From the human T2T-CHM13v2.0 reference genome, Homo sapiens, in the NCBI RefSeq assembly GCF_009914755.1, contig NC_060929.1: a stretch of DNA of 64,000 nucleotides; one strand, given 5' to 3'. Under the pieces are notes generated by a model. It saw only the letters and a list, made by a program, of their open reading frames with translations, was not told where the DNA came from and did not search any database. Below are positions 43,460 through 55,520 of this stretch, piece after piece (position 1 is the first letter of the stretch; each line of letters begins with the position of its first letter). The position numbers and the translations under genes are program-made.

Positions 43460-44009
43460 CTACAAGTCTTTCTTTTCTTCACTGTTCTTTTTCTGGCTCA
43501 CAAGCAACCTCCCACCAAAAGCTGAATCTGTAGAAGAGACTACATCCAAGAGATAATACCATGAAAAAGTATGAAGAGAAACCCAGGTGGCCACCTTGCA
43601 AATTTCCAATGTGGAAGCCTTCGACCTCTCTGCCCAAGAAACAGCTAAAGTCCTAGTGTAATGAGCTTTACAAACCCTAGGAGCCTCTTTACCTTAACTA
43701 CATACGCCTCCCTAATACAATCCCTTAACCATCTAGCTAAGGAACTCTTAGAAGCCATTTGACCCCTCTTAAGACCCCCTAAGAGTACAAACAATCTTTC
43801 AGAAGATCTGAAATCTTTGATTCTTCTGAGACAAACCCTAAGTGTTCTTCTTACATCCAATTGAAGCAGCCATTGCTCTTTGTCATTGCTGGGGCTAAAG
43901 AAAAATGAGGGCCAAGAAGCCTCCTGGTTTAGATAAATCTCAGATGCCACCTTTGGAAAAATTGAGGAATTGCCCAAAGAACAACTTTATTCCAAAGAAG
44001 CATTAGAAA
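43460..44009 (-). mobile_element. Fossil DIRS1-like retrotransposon tyrosine recombinase (YR) fragment with two frameshifts
   Basis: Reconstructed peptide: FLMLLWNKVVLWAIPQF/PKVASEIYLNQEASWPSFF...LDVRRTLRVCLRRIKDFRSSERLFVLLGGLKRGQMASKSSLARWLRDCIREAYVVK/GKEAPRVCKAHYTRTLAVSWAERSKASTLEICKVATWVSLHTFSWYYLLDVVSSTDSAFGGRLL...stop. It follows the vertebrate DIRS1 YR pattern as I recall it (DKVVLR..FLPKVVS.FHLNQ...LDVRRAL..YL.RT..FR.S..LFV...RW....AY...AHSTR...SWA...EICRAATW...TF.RHY.LD...FG..VL). Confidence 0.85.
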
Positions 44010-46796
44010 TGCCCCATAAATCAAATCCACGGCCACTCCATAAGATATCATCACCTAATACAGTAAGGCACCACAACAGTCAAATAATGTCCTATCATTT
44101 TTTGAAGTGACAAAAATAGAAAACCATCGAATCATGACCAAACAAAAGCAAATAATGACAAAATATCTTTTCTTTCTCAGAAAATATTTATTGTATCTCT
44201 ACAAAATCTCTTGTCTACAATCAAATTACTGAGAGAACGGCCAATTTGGCTAAGTCTACAATATAATAGTAAACATCAAAGTAAAAAGTAAAATATTTGG
44301 TTAATCATTTTTATATTTTCTCTATGTGATGTTAAGTGTCTGGACATTTTTAAAAAATCTGCACAATGCAAAAAAAGTCCTCATTTTTCATCTGTTCATA
44401 TGTTTGGGTTACATAGACATCGTAGGCAACTCTTTCCAAGATCTTTATTAGCAAAATATGCTCCAATCAAAATAAACACGCAGGAAACCAAATGACTTCC
44501 TCTCTATTTTCCCCGCTATTCTCTTCCTCACCAGATTTCTAAGCAAAACATTAACTATCAGGAATACCCAATAGTTAAGATATAGTTGGCTTCCTTAATC
44601 ATCCATTTCAAGGAGTCTTTTCCTTCCTGATTTAAGAAACCAATGCTTTTGATAAGAATTGATTAACTTGGATACACTGAATAAAACATTTAAGATTTTT
44701 CTTGACAATTTCCCTCAAGATCATTCTTCTCAGGAATCTATTTACATAAAGCTGCGTCACATTAAATCAATCTTGGCTTTGTGACCAAAAAAATATGAAT
44801 TTCAACAAAGAAGACTACATATATCACAAGGAGACGTTCTAGTACTGAGACACTTCTTATACTTGCCCCTTGAAATTCCTTCTACATCCTGTGTTTGATA
44901 ATCCACAAATGTGTTCATATAGTTCACTATTATTAACATGATATTGAAGTTGCTTTTATCTGCCTTACTGCTTATAAGATGACACATTTGCAACAGTATA
45001 TTGTGGCAAATTATGTATTTGCTCTGTTGACTTTCATTCACAAATGGTAACCATTGCTCTCAAATATCCAGCATTTGCAAGTCTCCACATTGCCTCATCT
45101 TAATCTAATGGAATTGAATCACCTTTTTCAAAATTGTTATTTTCTCTAAAGTCAGCATGCCAAATCTATGCTTCAATTCTTGGCCATTTCAGTGTAACAT
45201 CTTTATAATACCTCCTAATGCAATTCTAATTTTGAATTTATGCTGACTTTAAGAAGAATAAAGTTCACAAAACTGACTTAATTCCCAAGAGTCTAGCCTA
45301 GGACTAATACAAGATGATTCAAAATGGGTAGAAGCCTAGATGTTTTGAAGTTCATTCTGTTTCTTGATGCATACCTCAGAAAAGGTCTGTTAGAGATGTA
45401 GATGAGAGATGACAAATCTTAGCCAGGCACGGTGGATGAGTACCAACTCCAATGTCAACTGTTCCAGGAACCAATATGTCAGTCAATAATTAGGATATCA
45501 TACTTCTCTATTCAGACCTCTGTTTGACCTCACAGTCAAACTCTATCTAAAAGACGTTTTAAGGGTCCCATTCTCTCCTAATTAAATCTTTGGCTTTTTT
45601 TTGGTTTTTTTGGGGGGGTTTTTTTTGGGGTTGGCTTCAGAAATCTATAGTCCATCTTTATTTTTTCTTCAAATTCTCTCCAAATTTGAAAAAGTAATCT
45701 ATGTTATTTATTTTATAATATAACAGTGTTACCTAAATTTCACCTGAAACAAAGAAGGCCAGTAAACTATGTTTAATGTAAAACAAAATCCAACCCTATA
45801 ACTTTTGTGACATTACTTACGTGGGCAAAGTAAGTAAAGGAATACAAGAGTAAACATAATAAGTGAAAATAATTTTACCAAGAGATCGGTTTTGGGGATT
45901 AAATTTTTCAGACTAATTGTTAATCACTTGCTTCCTTCACTTTTTTTTGCAGATGCAGCAAATATATATATATATATTTACACTCCTTAGAATGGCATAT
46001 GGTATCACGTAAAGGAGAACTTTGTATATTTCATTCTGAGGAAAATGAAAATTTTTATAAATATAGATATGATAACAGAGAACATACCTCAACCATTATA
46101 CCTTTGAATTTTACCTTTAATGTTGGAAATATTATTCAGTACACACAGCATGGCTTTTTTCAAAGGGGTTTTGTTAAGACTAAACTAAAAACAACATATT
46201 CCATAATTATAATTACTATTTTAACAACTCACATTTATTGATCGTTTATGATATACTAGACATTTTCTTAGGTATTTTATTTTCACTGTCATTTAATTCT
46301 CACAACCCTATATAACATTATAACATATCGAAATCTGAAGCATCTAATCCTGAAAGAAAACAAAGAGAAAATTAATGTAGTCCTACATCATTATTTTGAA
46401 GGTGAGAAAATTCAGGTCTAAGGAGACTATATGTTCTGCTCAAGATCATCTGGGTGCTAGGAGCAAAAGAAAAGATACTAGACCACCCAGTCTGCTTATT
46501 CTTTCCATAGGCTAGTTGTGTTTCTTTGAAAAGAAAAATTGACCTAATTTTAGCTAAAAATCATCCAGAATTGATGTATGATGCTTTGTCAATTAGAATT
46601 AAGGAACTTGCCAAGCATGAAGGATAAAAATGTGTGCATTTTTATATATAATGCATGGTGTGCATTATACCAAATGCTTATTTAAAGAATTCTTTCATGT
46701 GTGTTTTTTTCAAGTAATCGTTTTCATTCAAAGCAGCAGGAAGCAAAAACACAGAGAAATTATAGATTTACAAATTTAAACAAAAGAGGATATTAC

Positions 46797-46958
46797 CTGA
46801 AGTATCCCTGGTTATCTTGAGTGATAAAAGTATTTCGTCAAACAATTCTTGAACACCTTTTTCCAGTTTCATAAAGGATTTTATGAGCTGCGATAAGAAT
46901 TCGACTTTGTCTAAAGGGAGAGAGAAGTTTCTTCCTTTCTGTGGGCATTCAGTAGTAA
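46797..46958 (-). CDS. KIAA0825: KIAA0825 coding exon, 162 nt, phase 1-1 (VTTECPQKGRNFSLPLDKVEFLSQLIKSFMKLEKGVQELFDEILLSLKITRDTS)
   Basis: Acceptor ttttcttttcacAG, donor CAG|GTAATA, open frame, phase matches the next exon. Confidence 0.9.
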
Positions 46959-47269
46959 CTGTGAAAAGAAAAGATCAATACTGTCATACATTTTATTTAC
47001 CTTCTTAGTAAATATTAGAATGATCTGTGTGATTCCATAAACCATATAAAAACTAACAAGTTCCTCCATAATTAAACCAAATTAGTTCATTAAGAAATAC
47101 ATATAAAATCTCCTAGGAGTATCTTTTCTTCTGGGAAGCTGGAGATGAATATTCTGTTTCAGGCAAATATAGCAATTAAATAATTAGATCGATTCTCAGA
47201 GTTATAAATAGAAATTTGATTTCTTGTAAAATCACATCTTACGCAATTCTGCTTTTTTTTTTCGGTCTG

Positions 47270-47790
47270 GCATAACTTAAATCTAATGACAAGGAAATAT
47301 TACACAAACCCAAATTGAGGGACAGTCTACAAAATAACTAGTCTGTACTTTGTGAGGAAGTACAAAGGCCAGGAAATGACCTAGTCTAAAGGAGTCTAAA
47401 TAGACATTAAGTAAAACTGAAATTAATACATAATCAGCATTTGATTTTCATATAAAAGACATACTTGGGATAATTTGGTGAAATCTGACTGAAGTCTACT
47501 ATGCAATGCTATTACTGTATGACTTAATTTCCCGATTTATATAGCTGTATTGTGGTTAAGCAAGAGAATGTCTTTGTCTTTAGGAAATACACACTGAAAT
47601 ACATAAGAGTGTCTGCGGACTATTTTCAGTTCAAGAAAAAATAAAATTTTGCAAAGAAAGAGAGAGAGAGAGAAAGCAAAAGTGGAAATGTGGTCAGATA
47701 TTAACATTTGGGAAATTTGAATGTAAAGGAATTATTTGTATTATCCTGGCAACCTTTTTGTAAGTCTGAAATTAAAATAAACATTTTACA
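47270..47790 (+). mobile_element. L1MC/ME 3' UTR fragment
   Basis: aaacccaaattgagggacagtctacaaaataact...gaatgtctttgtctttaggaaatacacactgaaat...gcaacctttttgtaagtctgaaatt. Confidence 0.7.
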
Positions 47791-49762
47791 AAACACTATA
47801 TTAAAGATACACTCTTTAAGACCTTATAAGTGTTGTTCCTATCATTAAAAAAAGCAAATTAAGGTAGCTATTGAATCTAGGCTACATAATTCATGAAGTC
47901 ATGTTTAAAAATAACTTGTCTAAATAATTGTGATATCTATTATTTGCGTAAGAACAATACAACTTAAAGGTTGTTTTTTTGCCCTCTTATGATTACGCTA
48001 CTAGTAAAGTCACACTATCATTTTAATATGATAATAAAATCCCTTTATACTCTTTAAGAGTATGGAGAATAATTCACTTATTTCATGTTCTTAACTCCAA
48101 TTTGTTGCTTTCATTTTAGATTACATCACTAAATGGTCTTTTTGACCAAGTTTTAAAGGATTTAAAAGAATCCTATCTTTATTAATGCCTTTTATTAAAA
48201 CATATTTAAGAGATAGCTTGAAGCTTAATCATAAATTGGAAAATTTGTAAACTCCTACAAACTTAGCACAAAATGCCTTTGGAGACAAAATACAAGTGCT
48301 ATTCAAAAACTGTATAGGGTCTGACAATTCCATGGGACAAAAGATTACCTTCATCACATGGATGGTAGAAGGAAGATTCCAGAAATCTAACAATTTTATG
48401 GCTATTCCACTTCACTTCAGTGAAACTTTAAAATGTTAGCATCAAACTTGTAGTCCTATAATAGTCTTTCACTGAGGACCAAAAATGTCATGATCTCTTT
48501 GCAGGTACTATGAGAAAGAGCTGTCTACCAACTTAGACTGTAAAATTTAGTACTGTTCTGAAACAGTAAAAAGGTTTTAAAAAATCTGCAAGTAAATACA
48601 AAAACTCTGTTTCATCTCTAAGTTGACGTTAGCCCAATATACATGAAAATCTAACTCACATCTACTGTTCTTCTATGGGCATGTTAGAGAACACAAGTAT
48701 GTATAGGCAGCATATACAACTAAGGCTTTGCCAGAAATATTATGCCCCAAAATGAAAAGAGAACACACATATTATGTTTTATTTAGTTGGTACTTGATTC
48801 CCATTTGGTCTATTTGACTTATCTTAAGCTTTGCTTATGTAGATGAGTGGCTATTTTAACCTTCTAAACCTTAAATTTCCTTTTGGACCTAAAATGTTTA
48901 TAAACCAAATTTTCAAAGGCTTTAAGAATCCCTCCTAATTCTTTACTAGGAAAGGCCGCTCAATAGTTTCACTAGAAATTAAGCATGTTTAAGAAGTCTT
49001 TATCTGGCTCAATTCCAAATTGGAAGTCTTGTGAATGTTTATAAAGTAAGCAAAGAAACACCGCATGAAGAATCTTTAAGAGTCAAAATTATATAAGAGT
49101 GCTTGCTACTTGCTGACAATTATGCGAGGTCTGAGGATTCTAGATGAAAAGGTCTTACTTTCATGACCTGGATTTAGAAGAATCTTGTATTCCAGGAATA
49201 CAACAATCGTGAAAGGTAAATCTTCTTTTAATTCAGTGAATCTTTATAACTAAATAATGTAAGAGGACAGAATGAAATATATGACCTAAATCTAATCATT
49301 TTTTTGTCCCAACCAACCAATGATTATGGGAGCTGCCCATTAATTAGCAGTCCTTATTTCCTATTACTATCAGCTCAGTGTTCTCCCAAGGGGTATTGTA
49401 CAGGTTCTCAATTTATGGGGAAAATAATTCTGTGATAAATTCATTTTGTGAAAGGCCAATTAAAGCGAAATTAAGCACAAAGGATGAAGTAGCATTTCCC
49501 AAACTTATTTGACTTATTTTACCTCACAGTATCTCATAGGACTAGTGTCCTAATCATCACACCTTCACTCATGATTTCTATCTGCCTAAGCGTATGTTTC
49601 TCTGTCCCTTAAACTCTTATTGTTAACAAAATTAGGAAAGAGTTTCTCCCAGCAGAAATTCCTTTGACCATCTCCTTGGCTAAATTAATCTCCTTTCCGC
49701 ATTTTTCAGTATTATTTGTTTTCTCCTCCCCTCTAAGTTACCTCTCCAGAAAACATTATCTG

Positions 49763-50008
49763 CCAGTCTGGGCAACATGGCAAACCCCATCTCTACAAAA
49801 AAAATACCAAAACAAACAAACAAACAAACAAATTAGCTGGGCGTAGTGGCGTGAGCCTGTAGTTCCAGCTACTCAGGAGGCTGAGGTGGGAGGATCACCT
49901 GAGCCCGGAAAGTGGAGCTGCAGTGAGCCAAGATTGTGCCACTGCACTCCAACCTGGGCCACAGAGTGGGACCCTGTCTCAAAAACAAAACAAAACAAAA
50001 CAAAAAAA
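49763..50008 (+). mobile_element. AluJ-like, 5'-truncated
   Basis: ccagtctgggcaacatggcaaaccccatctctac...gaggtgggaggatcacctgagccc...gaccctgtctc(A)n. Confidence 0.9.
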
Positions 50009-50011
50009 TGG

Positions 50012-50219
50012 CTCCATCTCGGCTCACTGCAACTTCTACCTCCTGGGTTAAAACGATTCTCCTGCCTCAGCCTCCTGAGTAGCTGGGATTACAGGCATCC
50101 GCCACCAAACCCGGCTAATTTTTGTGTTTTTAGTAGAGACGGTATTTCTCCATGTTGCCCAGGCTGGCCCTCCTCGGCCTCCCAGAGTGCTGCGATTACA
50201 GGCGTGAGCCACAGCGCCC
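50012..50219 (-). mobile_element. Alu fragment, internally deleted, tail-to-tail with the preceding Alu
   Basis: atctcggctcactgcaac...ctcctgcctcagcctcc...gattacaggcgtgagccac. Confidence 0.9.
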
Positions 50220-51324
50220 TTCTGAAAACTTTTTGGATACAATCAATCCAGGAGTTCTTCTTCCCCCACTAAGACAACCTGGCCTTTATTTATTTATTTA
50301 AATCACTATGGGACTGTTGTGCTTCAAAGTTTTGGACATACATGTTTACACACAGGCAACTCTGTCTGGCCTTCTGCTAACCATTGCTGTAAAATATCTG
50401 ACATAATAACTATTATTTGGCTATGATGAGCTCTATGATTCTTAGGAAATACACAGTTCTCCTAAATCACCAAAATATTATAAAGATAAAATTAAATTTT
50501 CATTTTAGAGAAAGTATTTAATTTACCATCAACTAGATGAGTAAGCCCACGTAAATAATGAGGAGATAGTTGAGGGTTTTTTCTTTATATATAATTTTAA
50601 TAAGAATTTTTCTAATATGCAATATAAAATATTCTGCTTTATTATTTAGTGTATTTAAAACAATGTAAATTTTTCTTCATGATAGAGTTATAATGAAAGT
50701 TATTTATTTCTATGCCACACTCAGGGACTAATGTTTGTCCCTCTGTTAAAGGGCATTTCTCAAATTGCTTTCATTTTAGATTATACGAAAAGGGTTCTAC
50801 GACCAAATAAGCTTGGGAAATACTACATACTGAATTCTTCTTAAAGTAATTCACAAGGCTAATTAGTATATTAAAGTCTCTATTTCCTGCCATAATAAAG
50901 TAATAACTTTCTAAACTTAGTGTTTCTCAAACGTTTTCGAGCAATGAACACCAGTTTATCAACACAGATCTACTCACTTCTGAGATATTCTCAAAAACAG
51001 CTGTGTGGGGGACACTGCTCTGGATTCCTCTACAACTTGAGTATTTATATCTGCCTTATAGATTTTCCTTTCATTGTTAGACCTTTTGCTGCAGGTTCTT
51101 GTTGTTGGTTGTATGGATGACTTTACCAGTACCCTCTTCCACTTGTAAACCACTGCTTCTAACATTATCATAGTATTTTTGCAGACCCCTTTAAGAAACT
51201 AAGGAAAGTCTTCTAAAGCCTCCTAGACCTTCTCATTGAATTCAGTTCACGTAGTCACAGTGTGAAGGCTAAACAGAACCACCCGAAGTCCATCTTTGGC
51301 TCTCACAGGGCAGTATGGTTCAGG

Positions 51325-51468
51325 ATCTTCTGTAGCATTAAAAATGCAAATTTCTGGATCTTCTCCAGAATTAATGAATCAGCGTCTCTACGGGACGAAG
51401 CCCAGAAATATTACTTTTCAGCAAGTGTCCCAAGTGAGTCTTTTGTGTGCTAGAGTTTGAGACTCCTG
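51325..51468 (+). mobile_element. MER5-like MITE fragment
   Basis: aaaaatgcaaatttctgg...aatgaatcagcgtctct...cccaagtgagtctttt...agtttgagactcctg. Confidence 0.55.
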
Positions 51469-51631
51469 TCTGAGGGGTTCATGAGCTTTAGATAAAAACC
51501 CTTGTGGGTTAAAAATCACTCTCTAAGCATCAAAAAAACTAGATTTGGGTCTCAGAAGTCAACCAAAAAGTTGCTATTGCATAAAACACCAGTGACTTAA
51601 AAAAAAAAAAAAAAACAAACTCCACTTTTTT

Positions 51632-51940
51632 GGCTAGACATGGTGGCTCACACCTGTAATCCCAGCACTTTGGGAGGCTGAGGTGGGTGGATCACCTGAG
51701 GTCAGGAGTTCGAGATCAGCCTGGCCAACATGGCGAAACCCTGTCTCTACTAATAATACAAAAATTAGCCAGGCGTGGTGGTGTGCACCTGTAGTCTCAG
51801 CTACTTAGGAGGCTGAGGCATGAGAATCACTTGAAACCGGGAGGCAGAGGTTGCAGTGAGCCGAGATCATGCCATTGCACTCCAGCCTGAGTGACACAGA
51901 GAGAGACTCTGTCTCAAAAAAAAAAAAAAAAAAAGAAAGA
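51632..51940 (+). mobile_element. AluS, full length
   Basis: ggctagacatggtggctcacacctgtaatcccagc...ctgtctc(A)n. Confidence 0.97.
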
Positions 51941-54224
51941 AAAGGAAGTCTAACTAGTAGCTAGAAAATCATGGAGGACCTGCAGGCATTGTTTTTATCC
52001 ACTTTTTCCATGTCAAGAAATTTATGACTTTTTTACTTTTAGAAGAAGTATGGAACATCTGTAGGACATTTCTAAGAATATAGCCTACATATTTGCCCTG
52101 GGCAAAAGAGGAACTGCTGTTAGGAAAAAAACCTAAAGAATAGTTGAAGTTCCTTAGACACAGTCAACACAAGTGTAAAATGATTTCCATGAGGCCAAAG
52201 ACTATATCCAGCTTATTTGCCATAGTATCGCAGAACTCAGCATAATCTCATACAAAGTAGGTACTCAAAACACTGATTAAAAAAACAAAGTGAATGAAAT
52301 CCCATCGATCCTAGAAATAGTTAGGTTCAGGCCAGAACAAAGTAAGATTTTATACCAAAACCTAAAATGTATTCTTTAAAACAATAAATAATTACAGATG
52401 TTTTTAAGTTCATAAATAAATATTTACAATATTCTATAAACATTCCTTATAGTATTCTGTTTGACAAAATAAATTTGAAGATTACTTCCAAAATAGAAAG
52501 CATGTGCAAAAGGCTATAAAAAGAATGATGGGCTGGGAACTTGATAGAGTATATTGATAATATTTTTTCTAAAATATGACTTTTGTGTGTTAAAAAAATA
52601 AAATATACTTTAGGAAAAAGAAATTTCACCATAAAAGGTGCGCACAGATATTTACAAAACTGTTACCCTACATTTTTAAAAAAGTCTTCTTCTCTGTCTA
52701 TATATATTTGTAAATATATATATAGGTATTATAGATATGTGTCTAGATATATACACATACACATATCTATAGGCATATCACACGTAAAGAATATAGACTA
52801 CAGATTATACACTTAAAGGTGTTAAATGTTAGTTATACGTAGTTCAAGTATTAACCCCATTCTCTTCTAGCAAAATTTAGGACATTGAAAATAAATCTAG
52901 AGGGACATTAGGTCTCCTCACATTTGATCTGCAACAAAGCAGCATTTGAAATAAATATCAAAGTCCAGCTAAATCAGACAAACCATAAAAATACAGGTAG
53001 TGGCTGCAAGCACACATATTATTTTCCAAAGCTATTAGCAACAGAATTCTTATTAATAATAGTGGTAAGATACAAGAGAAAATGAGAAGCTACACAATCA
53101 GATAATCTGGAGCTGGAGGATCAGTATAATAGGATAAAAGGTGCGCATTTCAGTTTTCCCAAGAAAAACGAACATTAGCCACCCTATTATTGACTGTAAA
53201 TGGATCCATTTTCAGTGAAGAGGTATTCTCAGTGCCACCAGACAAGCGACGTAAAAAGAGGTGACACACAAAAGCTACTGAAAGTCTTATTATTCCAGGT
53301 GAAATTTATGACATAATACAAATGGAAGATCTTCGCTCCAGTAAAGAAAACTTTTAAAGAATATTATAATATGAAGTCAGCAGGGACCATGTAGGAACAA
53401 ACAATAAGCAGTACTTCTCCCAGGACCCAAGTCACTTCCTGAGAGGAAGTGGGACTCCAGAGCCCACTAAATGGATAGCAGTGGTCTGAAGAAGCACTGG
53501 GCCTCCTCAAATGCTCGGTTCCATGGAGCCACAGCAGGGGAAAGAACAGAACGCAAACACCATGATCCTGAGTTTGTAAAGGGCCTTCTGTGTCACTAGT
53601 AGCTAGAAAATCATGGAGGACCTGCAAGCATTGTTTTTGTCATGAACGCTAAGATGAAATTGAAACTGTTTTTCCCCTTTTCTTGAGGCATTATTGTTAT
53701 AACTTTTACTTATTTTGAGAATTTATATGACTAGAAAAGAATTTGGGGTAAAAGTACGACAAGGAATATTTACACCTTAGTTTGCAGAACTGAATTTCTT
53801 ACTTCTCATCTCTTTTGAGGAGGCTTCCGTATGTACCACCCAATATACACAAGGTAAAACTTTGAAATAAATTGAGTGAATAAATGAGTAAATAAATGAT
53901 TAAAAGAATGAAATGAATATCTATGAAGTTAAGTGAAAATGTAACCCAACACAAGCTGAATATGTGAAAATTCAGATAACCCACAGATAAGTGTCAGGAA
54001 CCCTCTTCTGAATGGTGAGAGAATGGAGAAGGAACTATTAAGGAAACTGAGCCTCATGAATGTAAATGAATCTGATTTTGAATTTAGAAAACATTTAACT
54101 CTTAGAAGCTAAAAGTTGGACTCCTCCTCCTCTCTCTGTCTTTCCCCACTTCTGGTGTCGCCATCCCACCACCAATTGTATCATATGTTTATTTATACCA
54201 TTGTTACCTGAAGCACAGAGGTGG

Positions 54225-54330
54225 CATAGCGGAGGGGCTAACACACAGAAGCTGTAGCCAGATGGCTTGGCTTCAAATCTGGGCACTGTCCCTACTACCA
54301 GTATGACTTTGGACAAATTACTTAGTCTCT
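54225..54330 (+). mobile_element. MIR 5' fragment
   Basis: gcttcaaatctgggcactgtccctactaccagtatgactttggacaaattacttagtctct. Confidence 0.6.
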
Positions 54331-55520
54331 TTATGTCTCAATGGTATACGAGTTAACACAGAACTGTTCTTGGGAGGTAGTACTTGCTATACAAATGTTA
54401 GATTTTAGTCTCATCTCCTCTGAGAAACCTGCCCTCAGACCCCAAGCCAGGTCAGGGTTTTGTTCTCCATGCTCCTTCCTATTTTGCCTTGCACAACCCT
54501 TCATTTTAGCATTTACCATGTCACATTACAATGGTTAGTTTGAAAGTTGTCTCTTAAACTTTAAACTCCTTATAGGCAGAGATCTTTTTCCCCCATGACT
54601 GCATTCCCATTATCCATCACAGTGCCTATATGAATGAATGGCTTCAAAATGGTACATTTGGGGTATCACTAGTGAGTGTGAGAGACAAAATCAACTGCTT
54701 TTAACTTATTTTAATTGGCTTTCTCCCCCTCCATTGTAAACATGCTTCTTTTAGTAAAATACTAAATGAGTTTCACATTAATTACTGTATGACAATTTTA
54801 ACAGGAAATATTTTGGAGAGAAATAATGATAAACACCATATCAGAGACCTATTTCACTATAAACTACTTTAAATATTAACTGTTATTTAATTGACTCCAT
54901 CTCTAAGGTTAACATTCATGAAGTTGAATGGCAGCCCCACTCCAAGACCTTCCATTGCATCTTTACGGCGTCAGTTCTTCAAAACACTGGTTTTGTTTGT
55001 GTATGTGCATGTGATCATCATCTTTTAGAATCTAATATAAGCTATGCATCTATGTTCATAGAAGGATGTTTTGCATATAATTCCAAGAGGTTCTCAGGCC
55101 TTAGAGTTCTCCTGATCATCTGGCTGAGGCCCTCTGCCTTGATCTGGTCTGACTTTATCAGAAATAGACCCTATAAATCTCCCTCTCATTCAAGAGACCT
55201 GTAGTTTCTAGAAGTTTCTACTTCCCTTTGCAAGAATAAGTGCTTTCCAGCTTCCACCTCAGAAATTCATCACTCTTCCCATTTCATAAAATTAAATATC
55301 TTAACACATTTACACAGATAATTCTCTTAGCCTATTACAATATAGGCCTTGGGTAAGGTGATGTGATATACTGAAAAATAACTAATGGTGTCACCCTTTC
55401 AGGAATTTAGACAAATACACTGATTAGCACAAAGTAGCAACTGCTTCCATAGAGGTACATGACAACCAAAATATGTATTAGAGAGGCTGAATTGCTAGTA
55501 CATACAATATCTGCATTTTT

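Noticed and set aside
43645-43977. The 110-aa ORF as an intact, active recombinase gene
   Set aside because: It starts at TTG, covers only the segment between two frameshifts, and lacks box I Arg, HxxR and the catalytic Tyr. It is a fragment of the fossil.
48105-50783. Shared 19-mer ttgctttcattttagatta at ~48105 and ~50765
   Set aside because: AT-rich and probably two decayed copies of the same hAT-type repeat; it cannot be supported as a specific duplication.
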